A stretch of 64,000 nt of DNA from Nitrososphaerales archaeon (GTDB lineage Archaea > Thermoproteota > Nitrososphaeria > Nitrososphaerales > UBA213), in the NCBI GenBank assembly GCA_965197925.1, contig CBDAOC010000019.1, forward strand, positions 416,001 to 480,000. The letters are read 5' to 3'. A model generated the notes under the pieces. It saw only the letters and a list, made by a program, of their open reading frames with translations, was not told where the DNA came from and ran no database searches. Both the position numbers and the translations under genes were made by a program. Of the stretch, positions 20,698 to 32,125 are shown piece after piece (positions within the stretch are counted from its first letter, which is position 1; every line of letters begins with the position of its first letter).

Positions 20698-21279
20698 TTA
20701 CATCGAACCTTTTGTACTTGGAATAAATCTTCCCTTCTTATCTATATTAATTGCTTCACGTAATGCTACAGCAAGTGCCTTAACTGCAGCTTCCACTTTG
20801 TGGTGATCACTTTCCCCATATTGGACAGTGATATGTATACAGGCATTTACATTCTGTACAAACGTTCGGAAGAAATGCTCTAGATCTTCTTTCGACATTC
20901 CTTCAATATTCATTCTACTTAACTTCAGATCTATTAGGTAGTAGTCTCTCTTTATCAAGTCTATGGCAGCATAAGCTAGCGAATCATCCATGGGGACTAT
21001 GGCATGACCAAAGCGATACACTCTAGATCTATCGCCTAGTGCTTTATCTATAGCTCTTGCAAAAGTTATTGCAACATCTTCAACTATATGGTGGATTATT
21101 CTATCCTTTGATCTTGCTACTATTTTCAGATTCATCATTGCATGCCTCGCTATACTACCTACAAGGTGATCAAGGAATGGGATGGTAGTTTCTATACTAC
21201 TATTACCCTTGCCATCTATGTTCAGCTCCACTTGAACAGATGTTTCCTTTGTAATCCTCTCGAGTTTGCTTCTTCTCAA
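20698..21279 (-). CDS. hisB: imidazoleglycerol-phosphate dehydratase
   Basis: RITKET, HHIVED, PMDD, HHKVEA, PSTKG. Confidence 0.95.
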   Translation of the reverse strand: MRRSKLERITKETSVQVELNIDGKGNSSIETTIPFLDHLVGSIARHAMMNLKIVARSKDRIIHHIVEDVAITFARAIDKALGDRSRVYRFGHAIVPMDDSLAYAAIDLIKRDYYLIDLKLSRMNIEGMSKEDLEHFFRTFVQNVNACIHITVQYGESDHHKVEAAVKALAVALREAINIDKKGRFIPSTKGSM

Positions 21280-21322
21280 ACGATAGATTGTGATCCAACC
21301 CACTAAAAAGTATTTGGTGGGA

Positions 21323-22348
21323 TTAATGCTCAAACAATGTTAGCAAGCGAGGTAATATGTTCACATTCTCGATTATTACATCAACATCTCTTTTTTTGAA
21401 GGTGTTGAATTGGAAATCTCTATCTGACACAGCTCCATACACACCACAGAATACTGAGTTAGCGTCATCATTTTCCGATGCCTTTTTTGCCATTAACATA
21501 TCTTCTATGGAATCCCCTACGAATAACCCGTTATTGGCATTAAGAACTTGCATCGATTTCAACAAAGCGTAAGGAGATGGCTTCTTAATCTGAGAAGATT
21601 TGATCTTTTCCTCTTTCTCTTCATCTTCAATAAATACGCTAGCGGGAAGATTAAAGTGATTTAATATAGATTTCAATGTATGTTGCGTAGCAAGTCTACT
21701 TCTTCCAGAAACTATAGCAATCTTGCCATTGAAGATGTTAGAAATACTTCTTACACTCTCTTCTGAAATCACTACTTGATCTTTATCAATAAATCCATGC
21801 GAATTATTAAAAATAGGTTCTTTTCTATGCATAATTTTAAAAAGTTCCTTACCATAGAAATATTCATCAAATACTGTGCCAAGTAAATTTGAAGTTCCCA
21901 ACCCGGAATACTTTAATTCATCCTTAACTTTTTTAATAACACCATTACAATTCAAATCAGATAAGTGTTGTTCGATAGACTCTATTCCACGTTCGTCTGC
22001 ATGTGTTATTATATTCGAGATAAACTTTTGTGCAAGTCCAACATCACTGGTATCCGCAGCAATTGCTCCTAATATTGCCACGTAGGTAGTATCAGTGTCA
22101 CTGTTAAAACCGCCTGATATTCTTAACTTCAATATCATTTCGTCTGTAACAAGATCGTACCATTGTTTCCTACCGGTCATTTTTTCAAGGATGAAACCTG
22201 TAGTATGCTTTATACATGCATTATAAGAATTATTTATATTTACCAATGTACCATCACAATCAAATATTACACATTCGAGATCGTTAAATTTTGAAACTAT
22301 GTTATCCTTTACCCATACATTATTAATCACCTCTCTGTAATCACTCAT
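21323..22348 (-). CDS. HAD-family phosphatase (candidate histidinol-phosphatase)
   Basis: FDCDGTL, KPSP and VGDSIED motifs; lies inside the his operon. Confidence 0.85.
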   Translation of the reverse strand: MSDYREVINNVWVKDNIVSKFNDLECVIFDCDGTLVNINNSYNACIKHTTGFILEKMTGRKQWYDLVTDEMILKLRISGGFNSDTDTTYVAILGAIAADTSDVGLAQKFISNIITHADERGIESIEQHLSDLNCNGVIKKVKDELKYSGLGTSNLLGTVFDEYFYGKELFKIMHRKEPIFNNSHGFIDKDQVVISEESVRSISNIFNGKIAIVSGRSRLATQHTLKSILNHFNLPASVFIEDEEKEEKIKSSQIKKPSPYALLKSMQVLNANNGLFVGDSIEDMLMAKKASENDDANSVFCGVYGAVSDRDFQFNTFKKRDVDVIIENVNILPRLLTLFEH

Positions 22349-23409
22349 TTACAAACAACTTTTAACGCTTTTAGGAACTTGTCGTTCATTAATCGTGTGC
22401 CAATAGTTACTCTTAAACAACCCAAATGTTGGCCAATATCTCCAATATTTCTGATAACTACCCCTTGCCTAATTAAGTTTCTATACATTTCTTGATATTT
22501 CTTACCGGCTTCGAACAAAATAAAGTTAGTATCTGATCCAAATGCACCTAGTTCATCAATAGAATTAATCTCATCAAAAACACGCTTCCGCTCTCTCATG
22601 ACATTTTTTATTGTTGTGTTTATATAATTCAATTTTGAGAGAGCAATACTGGCAGCGCTTAGCGACAAGCTACTCAGTGGATATGGATATTGTATCTTGT
22701 TAACAAATAACTCTGCAACTTTATTATTTGATATCATATAACCGACACGGGCCCCAGCAAGACCAAATGCTTTTGACATCGTCCTTAACACTACCAAGTT
22801 ATCGTAGCTCCTTACAAGATCTGCAAGAGAATAGGGAGCAAATTCAACATAGGCCTCATCAACAATCACCAGACCGTCGAAAGAATTTATTACTTCCAGA
22901 AGTGTCTTCTTTTCGAATTGATTCCCCGTAGGATTGTTTGGTGAACATATGTAACAGATCATTCCACCTTTAGACATTGAAAGGAATTTCTTAGCTCCAA
23001 AAGAAAAATTGTTATCAAGAGGAATACACTTTATCTTTATTGAACGCAAGTTACATCTATCTTTGTAAAATGTAAAACTAGGTTCTAATGTTAATGCCCC
23101 TAAATCGGTTGTAAAGGTTGAGAGGAGTAAATCAATTATTTGATCTGAACCGCATCCTATTGCTATACACTCACTTGCCACATTAAGATATTTACCTAAA
23201 CTTTTTCTTAACTCATCATACTCGTAGCTAGGATACTCACGAAGATCCATTTTTTGTGAAGCCTCTCTAATTATTCTTGTTATGAAGGTTTTGGAAAGGG
23301 CTAAATTCTCATTAGTATCCATCCTAATCGCGTCGGCATATCTTTCTGGTTTTTGGTAACCTGATATTTTTGTCAAAGAGGACACTCTTGACCTTACCCA
23401 TTTATTCAT
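22345..23409 (-). CDS. hisC: histidinol-phosphate aminotransferase
   Basis: CSPNNPTG, VDEAYVEF, RTMSKAFGLAGARVGY. Confidence 0.96.
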   Translation of the reverse strand: MNKWVRSRVSSLTKISGYQKPERYADAIRMDTNENLALSKTFITRIIREASQKMDLREYPSYEYDELRKSLGKYLNVASECIAIGCGSDQIIDLLLSTFTTDLGALTLEPSFTFYKDRCNLRSIKIKCIPLDNNFSFGAKKFLSMSKGGMICYICSPNNPTGNQFEKKTLLEVINSFDGLVIVDEAYVEFAPYSLADLVRSYDNLVVLRTMSKAFGLAGARVGYMISNNKVAELFVNKIQYPYPLSSLSLSAASIALSKLNYINTTIKNVMRERKRVFDEINSIDELGAFGSDTNFILFEAGKKYQEMYRNLIRQGVVIRNIGDIGQHLGCLRVTIGTRLMNDKFLKALKVVCK

Positions 23410-24698
23410 CAGAGTCTCTCCAAAATTGCTTTATAATGATTCGGTAGATTTTCTGCTTCACTTAACAACTTGACAGTATTAGATACTTTGTTTAATCCCT
23501 TCCTATTAACTTTAACCACATTCATAAATTTTATGAAGTCTAAACAAGAAAGCGATGCCCTAGATTTACCAAATGCATTAGTCGGTAGAACGTGATTAGA
23601 ACCTAGCGCATAATCGCTAGCAGCAGAAGGAGAGTACTCACCAACAAGTATCAAACCCGCTGATTCTATACTTTTACTTACTTTCTCACCGTTCTTCATA
23701 AGTATTTGCAAATGCTCTGGTGCGATTTCGTTGATAAATTTTATTGCATCAAATATATTCCTACAAAAAGCTATAAAGCCTCTATCTTCTAAACTTTTAC
23801 GCACAATAGCACCCCTATCCACTTTATTTACTAATCTTGATAGTTCCGTAACTACACAGGCAGCAAGTTTTTTGGAGGGTGTTATCAAACCACAAAAAGT
23901 GTCAATACTATGCTCAGCCTGCGAAATCATGTCAAGCGCAATACTCCTTGCTCGTGCCGTCTCATCAGCAAAAACTAACAGTTCTGTTGGACCTGCAAGC
24001 ATATCAATAGCTACCGACCTTGCTGCGAGTGCCTTTGCAACATTTACAAAGGAACCTCCAGGTCCTACAATTTTGCTTACTGGCTTAATAGTTTCTGTTC
24101 CATATGCCATCGCTGCTATTGAATGTGCGCCACCAACTTTGTAAAGTTCATTTACACCACAAAGATCTGCGGCTACAAGAGTCAACGGATCCAGTGTTCC
24201 CTTCTTTGTTGGTGGGGAACATACGACTATTCTTTTGACACCGGCTACTTTTGCAGGGACGGTACACATTATTAAAGTACTTGGGTATCTGGCCTGACCC
24301 CCTGGAACATAACATCCTGCACTTTCTACAGATTTCCTTTGTTTATTGATCTTTGTTCCCTCGATTCGAATTTCAATATTTCTGAGTTTTTTTATTACTG
24401 CTCTTTCAACAGTTTCAAGCCTTTTCTTAATTTCCTTCAGCGCCCTTATCTGTTCCTTAGTTGTAAGTTTGTATGCATGGTCTATCTCCTCACTACTTAC
24501 CGCGATAGAATCAATTTTCACGCCGTCAAAATTCGAGGTATAATAGAATAGTGCTTTATCACCGTCCCGTGCGACTCTCGCCATTATTGCTTTAACCTTT
24601 TTTATCTCCTCATTACCGATACTAGTTTTTACACGTATTCTCGACGCAACTTTGATAGGATCATCTATCGTAAGATTCTTGATACCGAGCTCCATCAT
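23409..24698 (-). CDS. hisD: histidinol dehydrogenase
   Basis: YVPGG, DMLAGPTE, SQAEH, APEH, GSNHVLPT. Confidence 0.97.
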   Translation of the reverse strand: MMELGIKNLTIDDPIKVASRIRVKTSIGNEEIKKVKAIMARVARDGDKALFYYTSNFDGVKIDSIAVSSEEIDHAYKLTTKEQIRALKEIKKRLETVERAVIKKLRNIEIRIEGTKINKQRKSVESAGCYVPGGQARYPSTLIMCTVPAKVAGVKRIVVCSPPTKKGTLDPLTLVAADLCGVNELYKVGGAHSIAAMAYGTETIKPVSKIVGPGGSFVNVAKALAARSVAIDMLAGPTELLVFADETARARSIALDMISQAEHSIDTFCGLITPSKKLAACVVTELSRLVNKVDRGAIVRKSLEDRGFIAFCRNIFDAIKFINEIAPEHLQILMKNGEKVSKSIESAGLILVGEYSPSAASDYALGSNHVLPTNAFGKSRASLSCLDFIKFMNVVKVNRKGLNKVSNTVKLLSEAENLPNHYKAILERL

Positions 24699-24719
24699 AA
24701 ATCATGACCTTCCTATTTG

Positions 24720-25700
24720 CTATTCTTGATCCTCTTGAAAGCTGATTTCTTCTAGTGGTAGTATACCATTAGGTTCATGTACCACAAGCCCTTGAGCAAG
24801 TTTGCGTAACTTAGGGATTATTCTCACAAACTCGTCCTTTCTGATTACCGTATTAACACCAAGCCAACCAACCTCGCTAAGTTCGCTGATTGTAGGCCTT
24901 TTAAGCGCAGGCAAACTCTGAAGCAACAGGTCTAAGTTTTCCTTCCTTACGTTGACGAATATATGAAGTTTCTTTCTACCTTCTATCACGCCCTTAAGTA
25001 AAGTAACTATATCGTAGATCTTCTGTTTCTTCTTGTCTTCTCTCAACGAATATCTATTAGCGACAAGAACAGCTGTAGATTCCATAACAGTATCTATAAC
25101 TTTAAGATTGTTCTGCTCCAGAGTTGTACCTGTTTCAGTTACATCAATTATTGCATCGGCGTCCTCAGGTGGTTTGGCTTCTGTAGCCCCGAAGGAAAGT
25201 ATGACTTGAACTTTCTCGTTGTCACCCTTCCTCCACCAAGGTGTAATTATCATTGGTTCTCTATCACCAAAATTCTTAACGTATTCCTCATCTTGCTTGA
25301 TGTAATTAGCAGAAATGTTAAGGTATTCTGTAGATATACGCAAGATTTTGCCATTAGAGGAATATTCTCTAATCATATCTGATAATGAATTAACATTTTG
25401 AGTTTTTGGTATAGCTATTATGATTTTAATTCTACCATATCCTAAGTCCAACAGAATTTTTACATCAGCGTTAGTCTCTTCAATCCAATCTTTACCAGTT
25501 ATACCGACATCATATAGTCCTTCGCTAACATATGTCGGAATTTCTTGAGGTCTTAGCAGTTTGAGGGAAACCTCAGGATCATTTACAGATATTCTGTAGG
25601 TTCTTCCCTTACCATTTACACTGAACCAAGCTTGTTCCAGAAACCTGAAGGTATGTTCTTCGATACTACCTTTAGGGATAGCGAATCTAACTTTTACCAT
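24720..25700 (-). CDS. hisG: ATP phosphoribosyltransferase (long form)
   Basis: AIPKG, GATEA, DVTETGTTL. Confidence 0.96.
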   Translation of the reverse strand: MVKVRFAIPKGSIEEHTFRFLEQAWFSVNGKGRTYRISVNDPEVSLKLLRPQEIPTYVSEGLYDVGITGKDWIEETNADVKILLDLGYGRIKIIIAIPKTQNVNSLSDMIREYSSNGKILRISTEYLNISANYIKQDEEYVKNFGDREPMIITPWWRKGDNEKVQVILSFGATEAKPPEDADAIIDVTETGTTLEQNNLKVIDTVMESTAVLVANRYSLREDKKKQKIYDIVTLLKGVIEGRKKLHIFVNVRKENLDLLLQSLPALKRPTISELSEVGWLGVNTVIRKDEFVRIIPKLRKLAQGLVVHEPNGILPLEEISFQEDQE

Positions 25701-25825
25701 ATCCAGCAGAAAATAGAAATAGTTTAGGCTATATGTATTTGGTGTTTTATCTAGTAACTAGTATTCTAGCTGGAAAACCCTCAAAATTATTCCCTTGGGT
25801 TGAAACAAATCAATAGGATGATTTT

Positions 25826-27085
25826 CTATCTCCGTTTCTTTAGAGTCTTTAGAACTTGCTTTGCCCTCTGCGTTGTAATGTTTCCTTCATCTGTGATCTT
25901 CTTAGCAACTGTGCCTATCAATTTTCCCTCTGCGCCGCTCATCATAGCAATGTTCCTTGCATGCAAGCTCATATGACCTTGTTGTATACCCTCAGATACT
26001 AGTGCTCGCAAGGCGGCAAAATTCTGTGCGAGTCCCACAGATGCTAAAACGTATGAAAGCTCCTGAGCAGTTTTGACACGTAAGATTTTCAAACATGTTT
26101 TTGCTACAGGATGCATTGAAGATACACCGCCTATAACGCCAACAGCCAGCGGTATTTCTATACCACCAACAAGATCGCCATTCCTATTTCTACACCAAGA
26201 TGTTATCGGCGAATATCTGCCACTTCTCGCAGCGTAAGAATGTACCCCCGCCTCTATGGCTCTACTATCTTGTCCTGTAGCATTAGCTGTTGCTATAATA
26301 CCATTCATAACACCCTTGTTTTGCGTTACACACCTATATTGGTCAGACATAGCAAAAGATTGGGCCAGCAATATACCTTCAACGACTTCACTGCCGATTT
26401 CATCTTTACTAAACACTGCTCTGGCCCTTGCTAATCGTTTCGTTGTATAATTAGACAATATTTTCAATAAAGTCTTCCCTCCAGTTATATATTCAATATA
26501 AGGAGCTACAGCTTCGCACATACTGTTAACAATATTAGCACCCATAGCATCACTCACATTTACTATTAGTTCAACTATGAGCATCTTTCCCCGAGCCGTA
26601 TCTATCACTCGGAAGGTAACATTTTTAGCACCTGCACATTTCTTTGTGAGTGTTTGGCTTTTATTGTTTGCCAATTCAATAATTTTACTCTTAACTGCTA
26701 TGACTTTCTGTCCACTTTTCTTAGGTTCCGGCAATCCTACTATTTGCACCTGACCGATCATCATTGATTGGTCCGCACTCGCAACAAAACCACCTTTTAA
26801 GCGTGCGATCTTTGCGGCCTTGCTTGCTCCCGCTATTACAGAAGGTTCTTCGATCACCATAGGTATCAGATAATCTCTACCGTTGATCAAGAAATTGGTT
26901 CCTATACCAAGGGGAAGAGCCATCATGCCTATTGCATTCTCCACCATATTATTGGCAATGTTTAATGATAATCCTACAGCCTTCAATATCTTGATATCAC
27001 TATCTGTAAGATTTGCAAAGTTTTTCACTATTTGTAACCGCTGCTTTGGACTCATCTGATAAAATTTTCTTATCTCACTCTTCAA
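25826..27085 (-). CDS. hmgA: HMG-CoA reductase (class II-like)
   Basis: ENAIG, EEPSV, DAMGAN, NKGVMNG, GHMSLH. Confidence 0.93.
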   Translation of the reverse strand: MKSEIRKFYQMSPKQRLQIVKNFANLTDSDIKILKAVGLSLNIANNMVENAIGMMALPLGIGTNFLINGRDYLIPMVIEEPSVIAGASKAAKIARLKGGFVASADQSMMIGQVQIVGLPEPKKSGQKVIAVKSKIIELANNKSQTLTKKCAGAKNVTFRVIDTARGKMLIVELIVNVSDAMGANIVNSMCEAVAPYIEYITGGKTLLKILSNYTTKRLARARAVFSKDEIGSEVVEGILLAQSFAMSDQYRCVTQNKGVMNGIIATANATGQDSRAIEAGVHSYAARSGRYSPITSWCRNRNGDLVGGIEIPLAVGVIGGVSSMHPVAKTCLKILRVKTAQELSYVLASVGLAQNFAALRALVSEGIQQGHMSLHARNIAMMSGAEGKLIGTVAKKITDEGNITTQRAKQVLKTLKKRR

Positions 27086-27089
27086 TGAT

Positions 27090-28190
27090 TTATCTAGGCT
27101 GGGTTATCCTTAAAATCTTATCATCGTCCGATGAAGGGAAGCCTCTTCCATCTCTGTTGCTTGTAATAATGTATAAGTATCCATCAGGGCCATGAACTAC
27201 ATCCCTAATCCTTCCAAAACCATCTAGAAAAGTTTCTAGTTTTAGTGCATCATTTTTATTATCAAATACAATATGTTCTACATGTTCGCCTCGAAGAGTT
27301 CCAAAGAAAAATTGGTCCTTGTAAGGTAATTTATTTGATGAATAAAAAGTTGCGCCTGCAGGAGCTATACTGACCTCATAGCATACAATCGGTGGCACAA
27401 ACTCTTTAGCGACACATCGCTCTATTGGCCATCCATAATTCATCCCAGGTTTAATTACATTAATTTCATCATTCCCTACAGGACCATGTTCAGTTGAATA
27501 GAGCTCATTTGTAGAAGGACGCCAAGCAATACCCTGTGGATTTCTATGACCATATGAGTAAACAGGTGAATTGGGGAATGGGTTATCATCAGGAATAGAA
27601 CCATTTGGATTTATTCGTAAAATCTTGCCTGCTAGAGAATTCAAGTTCTGTGGTAGACTGAGATCTGCGGCATCACCAGTTGTAATGTATAATTTACCGT
27701 CGGGAGCAAACTTTATTCGACCTCCATTATGTGTTGCTGCTCCTGGTATCTTATCTACCAAAACCTCCTCATTTGATGCTATATTATCCTGTTCTTCCAA
27801 TCTCACAACTTTGTTCCATAGACTGCCTTTTGTATCAACATAAGTATAATACACATAAATGAAATGGTTCTTATCAAAATTTGGGTCAAGTGCCAGGCCT
27901 AACATCCCTGCTTCACTAAACTTTGCAACATCTGTAGCAAAAACTGGCCTTTCAACCAACTCACCATCCATGATTACCCTAATAATTCCAGTTCTTTCAG
28001 TAAGAAAAATCCTGCCATCATTGGCGAAATCTAAAGCCCACGGCGCTTGTAGGCCCGATACAACTACATCAATTCCAGTTTCACTAAAATGTCTTGGTGG
28101 AGGGATCGGCACCGGTGCTGTGGGAAAGGACACGAGAGCAGCCCCTATGAAAGCTATTGCAACAACAAAAACTATCACTTTTCTTTTCAT
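27090..28190 (-). CDS. PQQ-dependent sugar dehydrogenase family protein
   Basis: Signal peptide; HNGGRIKF, GKILRI, YGHRNPQG, GRIRDV. Confidence 0.9.
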   Translation of the reverse strand: MKRKVIVFVVAIAFIGAALVSFPTAPVPIPPPRHFSETGIDVVVSGLQAPWALDFANDGRIFLTERTGIIRVIMDGELVERPVFATDVAKFSEAGMLGLALDPNFDKNHFIYVYYTYVDTKGSLWNKVVRLEEQDNIASNEEVLVDKIPGAATHNGGRIKFAPDGKLYITTGDAADLSLPQNLNSLAGKILRINPNGSIPDDNPFPNSPVYSYGHRNPQGIAWRPSTNELYSTEHGPVGNDEINVIKPGMNYGWPIERCVAKEFVPPIVCYEVSIAPAGATFYSSNKLPYKDQFFFGTLRGEHVEHIVFDNKNDALKLETFLDGFGRIRDVVHGPDGYLYIITSNRDGRGFPSSDDDKILRITQPR

Positions 28191-28673
28191 ACTTGATGTT
28201 AAGAAAATAGTGGACTGTAATGTAAAAGTTTACTGTCCCTGAAAGTGTATCTACCCCACCTTATTACTTTACAGAACTTCTTTTCTAACTTTGAATAGGA
28301 TTTCACCCAAAGATGAAGAGTATGAGTCCGTAGTAATTGATTAGTTTTGACCATGTAAATTGATAAGTATATTTTCACTTATCCACGGATTATTAGATAT
28401 AATCTCCTTGCCCTATGCATATTGCATCCTTTCAATGAAAAGAATTAAGAAATTGTTTCTAGCACTGAAGAAATCGTTGCTGATTTGTTATGTTTTTGAA
28501 TCTCAAAATTGTACAATTAGAACTTATAGATTTTAATAAACCTAAGATCGTTACTAAACATAATGACTTCAGTAAATAATAAAACAGAAACCTGAGTAGA
28601 CCGCAAAAGAGGATGCTATTATCTATGATAAAATTTTAAACATAAATTTCAATTTATCAGATACATACATTGC

Positions 28674-29547
28674 CAACTCATCTCAAAACCCTACAATACA
28701 TCAAAAATGATGCAAGATTAACAAATGCCAGGTAGTTTTCTGCCGTTCTTTCATACCTGATTCTTGTTCTGTGAAATCCATTCTTGAGCCATGCAAGGAA
28801 TCTCTCAACTACAAATCTTGTCTTGTTGCAATGTTTGCAATCATTATTTTGCAAGATGAACTTGGAATTTATTTTGTATGGGATGCAACATGCAATATTT
28901 CTATCCCACAAATACATTCTGATGTATTTTGCATCATTTTGTCTGCATAAACTGGTTCTATCTGTTGTATTGAATCATCATCAAGATAGTCTGAAATTGA
29001 TCCTGTAACATCCATGCATTTTGTACTGTCATGTTCATTTGCTGGACTCAACAGTATGGATATTGGAAATCCGTTACTCTCTACTGCGGCATGTATTTTT
29101 GTACCTGTTATTCTCTTGAATCCATTATATCCAGTTACATTGCCCCTTTTTTATCAGGAATGGATGAAGAGTCAACTGATATTTTTTGTAGATTAATTTT
29201 GCCAGATTTATGTGCTGAGTGAATAGTACGCGATAGAATCTTTTTCCAGATTCCTTTTTGTTGCCATTTGTTTAACCTTCTGTTTGCAGTAGAATCATCA
29301 CCATATCTTTTTGGCATATCGTCCCATCGGCATCCAGTAGTTAGAACATGGATTATTCCGTTAATGATTTTTCTATCATAATCCCTAGGCCTGCCAGTTT
29401 TTGCATGTGGTGGTATGTGTGATTCCATCATACTCCACTGTTTGTCTGATAATTCTTGGAATTTCATAAAATAATTTTAGATGTCGCTATTCATAGATCT
29501 AAATGGCCGCTAAAAATTGTCTAAATGGTTAGTTTTGAGATGAGTTG
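28674..29547 (-). mobile_element. IS5-family (IS427-like) element X, broken transposase
   Basis: TIRs CAACTCATCTCAAAAC; near-identical to 39511-40381. Confidence 0.92.
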
Positions 29548-30093
29548 AGTGACTGCCACACTATTTTTGGCAGTTATCTCTTAATCCCGTGGGAACTGGC
29601 AACAACAACATTTTACCCCCATAATTTATCTTCTAATGGCTGGACACCATACGCAGTCTCTTAAATATTTTTAAATAATCTTCCTTTCTGAGATCAGAAG
29701 CTACATTGTCTATTTCTTGTTTAAGCTCCTGCTACATATACTTCTTAAATTGAACGGCGGGCCCATCTTGCTACTTTTATGCTGGGAATTTTATTATTAG
29801 TAAAGCTCTGGGTAAATTATTGTTTTTGAAATATTGTTACCAATTGCCAGTTCGCGTTGATACCACGTCAAGCGAGTAAATAAAAGCTTACTTCCAATTT
29901 ACGACCAACCCTGAATAATAAATATTGTTTAAGATAACGGTGACAAGACCAATGATAGGTAGTTATTATTCAATGAGATGAAGAATTATCATTGAATTAA
30001 ATAGGATTATAAATCACTCTTCGTTTTCTAGCATCATGCAATCTTCGAAACTTGTTGCGTGGATTTCAAATTACCTTCAAAGGCGATAACAAT

Positions 30094-31299
30094 ATGAAAC
30101 TAAAGAATTATCCATTAAATGGTAAATTTGGCAAATTTGGAGGAAGATTTGTGCCGGAAACTCTTATCCCTGCATTGGAAGAGCTTGAGAAGTCTTATTT
30201 GAAGTTTAGAAAACAGAATAAATTTAATCAACAACTGGAATATTATCTGAAAGAATATGCTGGTAGACCCACTCCGCTATATTTAGCTAGTAATTTAACT
30301 AAAGCTGTGGGAGGAGCGAAGATCTATTTAAAACGTGAAGATTTGTTGCATGGCGGTGCACATAAGATAAACAATACTATCGGACAAGCTTTGCTAGCAA
30401 AAAAGATGGGAAAAGAGCGGGTGATAGCTGAAACTGGCGCAGGACAGCATGGAGTAGCAACTGCAATGGCTTGCTCATCTCTTGGTCTAAAGTGTGAAGT
30501 CTACATGGGTTCCAAAGACGTCGAAAGGCAAAAGTTGAATGTATTTCGTATGAAACTCCTAGGAGCAGAAATACATCCAGTACATACAGGTTCACAAACA
30601 CTGAAAGATGCGATTAACGAATCCCTACGGGACTGGATTACAAATATAAGATCAACCTATTACCTGCTTGGTTCTGTGGTTGGCCCACATCCATATCCTA
30701 TGATAGTCCGAAATTTCCAGAGAGTAATTGGGAGGGAGATAAAACAACAAGCAAAAAAACTGGAGAAAAAAATGCCAAATGCGATAATAGCATGTGTGGG
30801 AGGTGGAAGCAACGCCATTGGAGCCTTTTATGAATTCTTAGACAATATAGTTCCCTTGTATGGGGTTGAAGCAGGTGGTGAAGGTTTAAACACGGAGAAG
30901 CATTCAGCAACTTTATGTGCAGGAACTGAAGGAATATTGCATGGTATGTTCACATATCTGCTTCAGAATGGTGACGGTCAAATTATTGATACGCATAGTA
31001 TTGCAGCAGGGTTAGACTATCCTGGTGTGGGGCCAGAACACTCATTCTTGAAAAGCATGAAGCGTGTAAAATACACAAATGTTAATGATGTAGATGCTGT
31101 GAAGGCCTTTCTTGCATTGTCGAAGTATGAAGGTATAATACCAGCACTAGAGCCGGCACATGCGATTGGATATGCAATGAAAATTGCGAAAAACTACAAT
31201 AAGAACGATTTCATTGTAGTAGCTTTGTCTGGCAGAGGAGACAAAGATGTGCAAGTTGTAGAACGACAATTAGGGATTAATGATGACCAGAATCAGTGA
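30094..31299 (+). CDS. trpB: tryptophan synthase beta chain
   Basis: [34 protein letters not shown]. Confidence 0.98.
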   Translation: MKLKNYPLNGKFGKFGGRFVPETLIPALEELEKSYLKFRKQNKFNQQLEYYLKEYAGRPTPLYLASNLTKAVGGAKIYLKREDLLHGGAHKINNTIGQALLAKKMGKERVIAETGAGQHGVATAMACSSLGLKCEVYMGSKDVERQKLNVFRMKLLGAEIHPVHTGSQTLKDAINESLRDWITNIRSTYYLLGSVVGPHPYPMIVRNFQRVIGREIKQQAKKLEKKMPNAIIACVGGGSNAIGAFYEFLDNIVPLYGVEAGGEGLNTEKHSATLCAGTEGILHGMFTYLLQNGDGQIIDTHSIAAGLDYPGVGPEHSFLKSMKRVKYTNVNDVDAVKAFLALSKYEGIIPALEPAHAIGYAMKIAKNYNKNDFIVVALSGRGDKDVQVVERQLGINDDQNQ

Positions 31300-32089
31300 A
31301 ACTTTTTTAGATTTAAATTCTAGGGGAGAGCGTGCATTAATAGGATATGCTGTAGCCGGTTACCCGGATATTGATACTTCAATTGATGTAATCAATGCGA
31401 TGGTTAATGGTGGTGTTGACATAGTTGAAATCGGAATACCTTTTTCAGATCCAATAGCTGACGGGCCAACAATACAGAAAGCTTCTTATCATGCGCTACA
31501 AAAGGGAATGACTCCTGGTAAAGCCTTAAACATAGCAAAACAGATCAATGATAGCCTTAACATTCCTTTAGTAATTATGACCTACTGTAACTTATTATAC
31601 AGACCTGGTTTTGATAATTTCTTGAGAACAGCTAAATCGAATGGAATAGATGGCTTGATAATACCTGATCTAAATGTTGAAGAATCTATGGAATTAAGGA
31701 AATATGCGTCAAAAAATGATCTCGATTCTATATTCTTAGTTTCACCAAATACAAGTGACAGTAGGTTGAAAGCAATAGTAAAAGCGACATCAGGTTTTTT
31801 GTATCTGGTATCAGTCTACGGGACAACTGGGGAACGAAAGGGCTTTGAAGATTACACTATAAAAGCAATAAATCATGTTAAAAAATTTTCTAAGGATAGG
31901 GTACCTCTAGCAGTTGGATTTGGTATAAGTAAAAGTGAGCATGTGAAGTTCATGCTAAAGAATGGTGCTGACGCTATTATAGTAGGAAGTGCGTTTATTA
32001 ATACAGTTAGCCAAAATATTAGGCAGGAAATGATGATAAAGGTAGAAGCATTAGCAAGAACTCTAAAGGATGCTACCAAGCAAATATAG
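31280..32089 (+). CDS. trpA: tryptophan synthase alpha chain
   Basis: [22 protein letters not shown]. Confidence 0.97.
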   Translation: MMTRISETFLDLNSRGERALIGYAVAGYPDIDTSIDVINAMVNGGVDIVEIGIPFSDPIADGPTIQKASYHALQKGMTPGKALNIAKQINDSLNIPLVIMTYCNLLYRPGFDNFLRTAKSNGIDGLIIPDLNVEESMELRKYASKNDLDSIFLVSPNTSDSRLKAIVKATSGFLYLVSVYGTTGERKGFEDYTIKAINHVKKFSKDRVPLAVGFGISKSEHVKFMLKNGADAIIVGSAFINTVSQNIRQEMMIKVEALARTLKDATKQI

Positions 32090-32125
32090 AATAACGATTA
32101 AAAAGCTGTATTGCAATACCTGAAT

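Noticed and set aside
29548..30050. trpF or an attenuator upstream of trpB
   Set aside because: Only stop-riddled minus-strand fragments; no TrpF motifs or Trp-rich leader.
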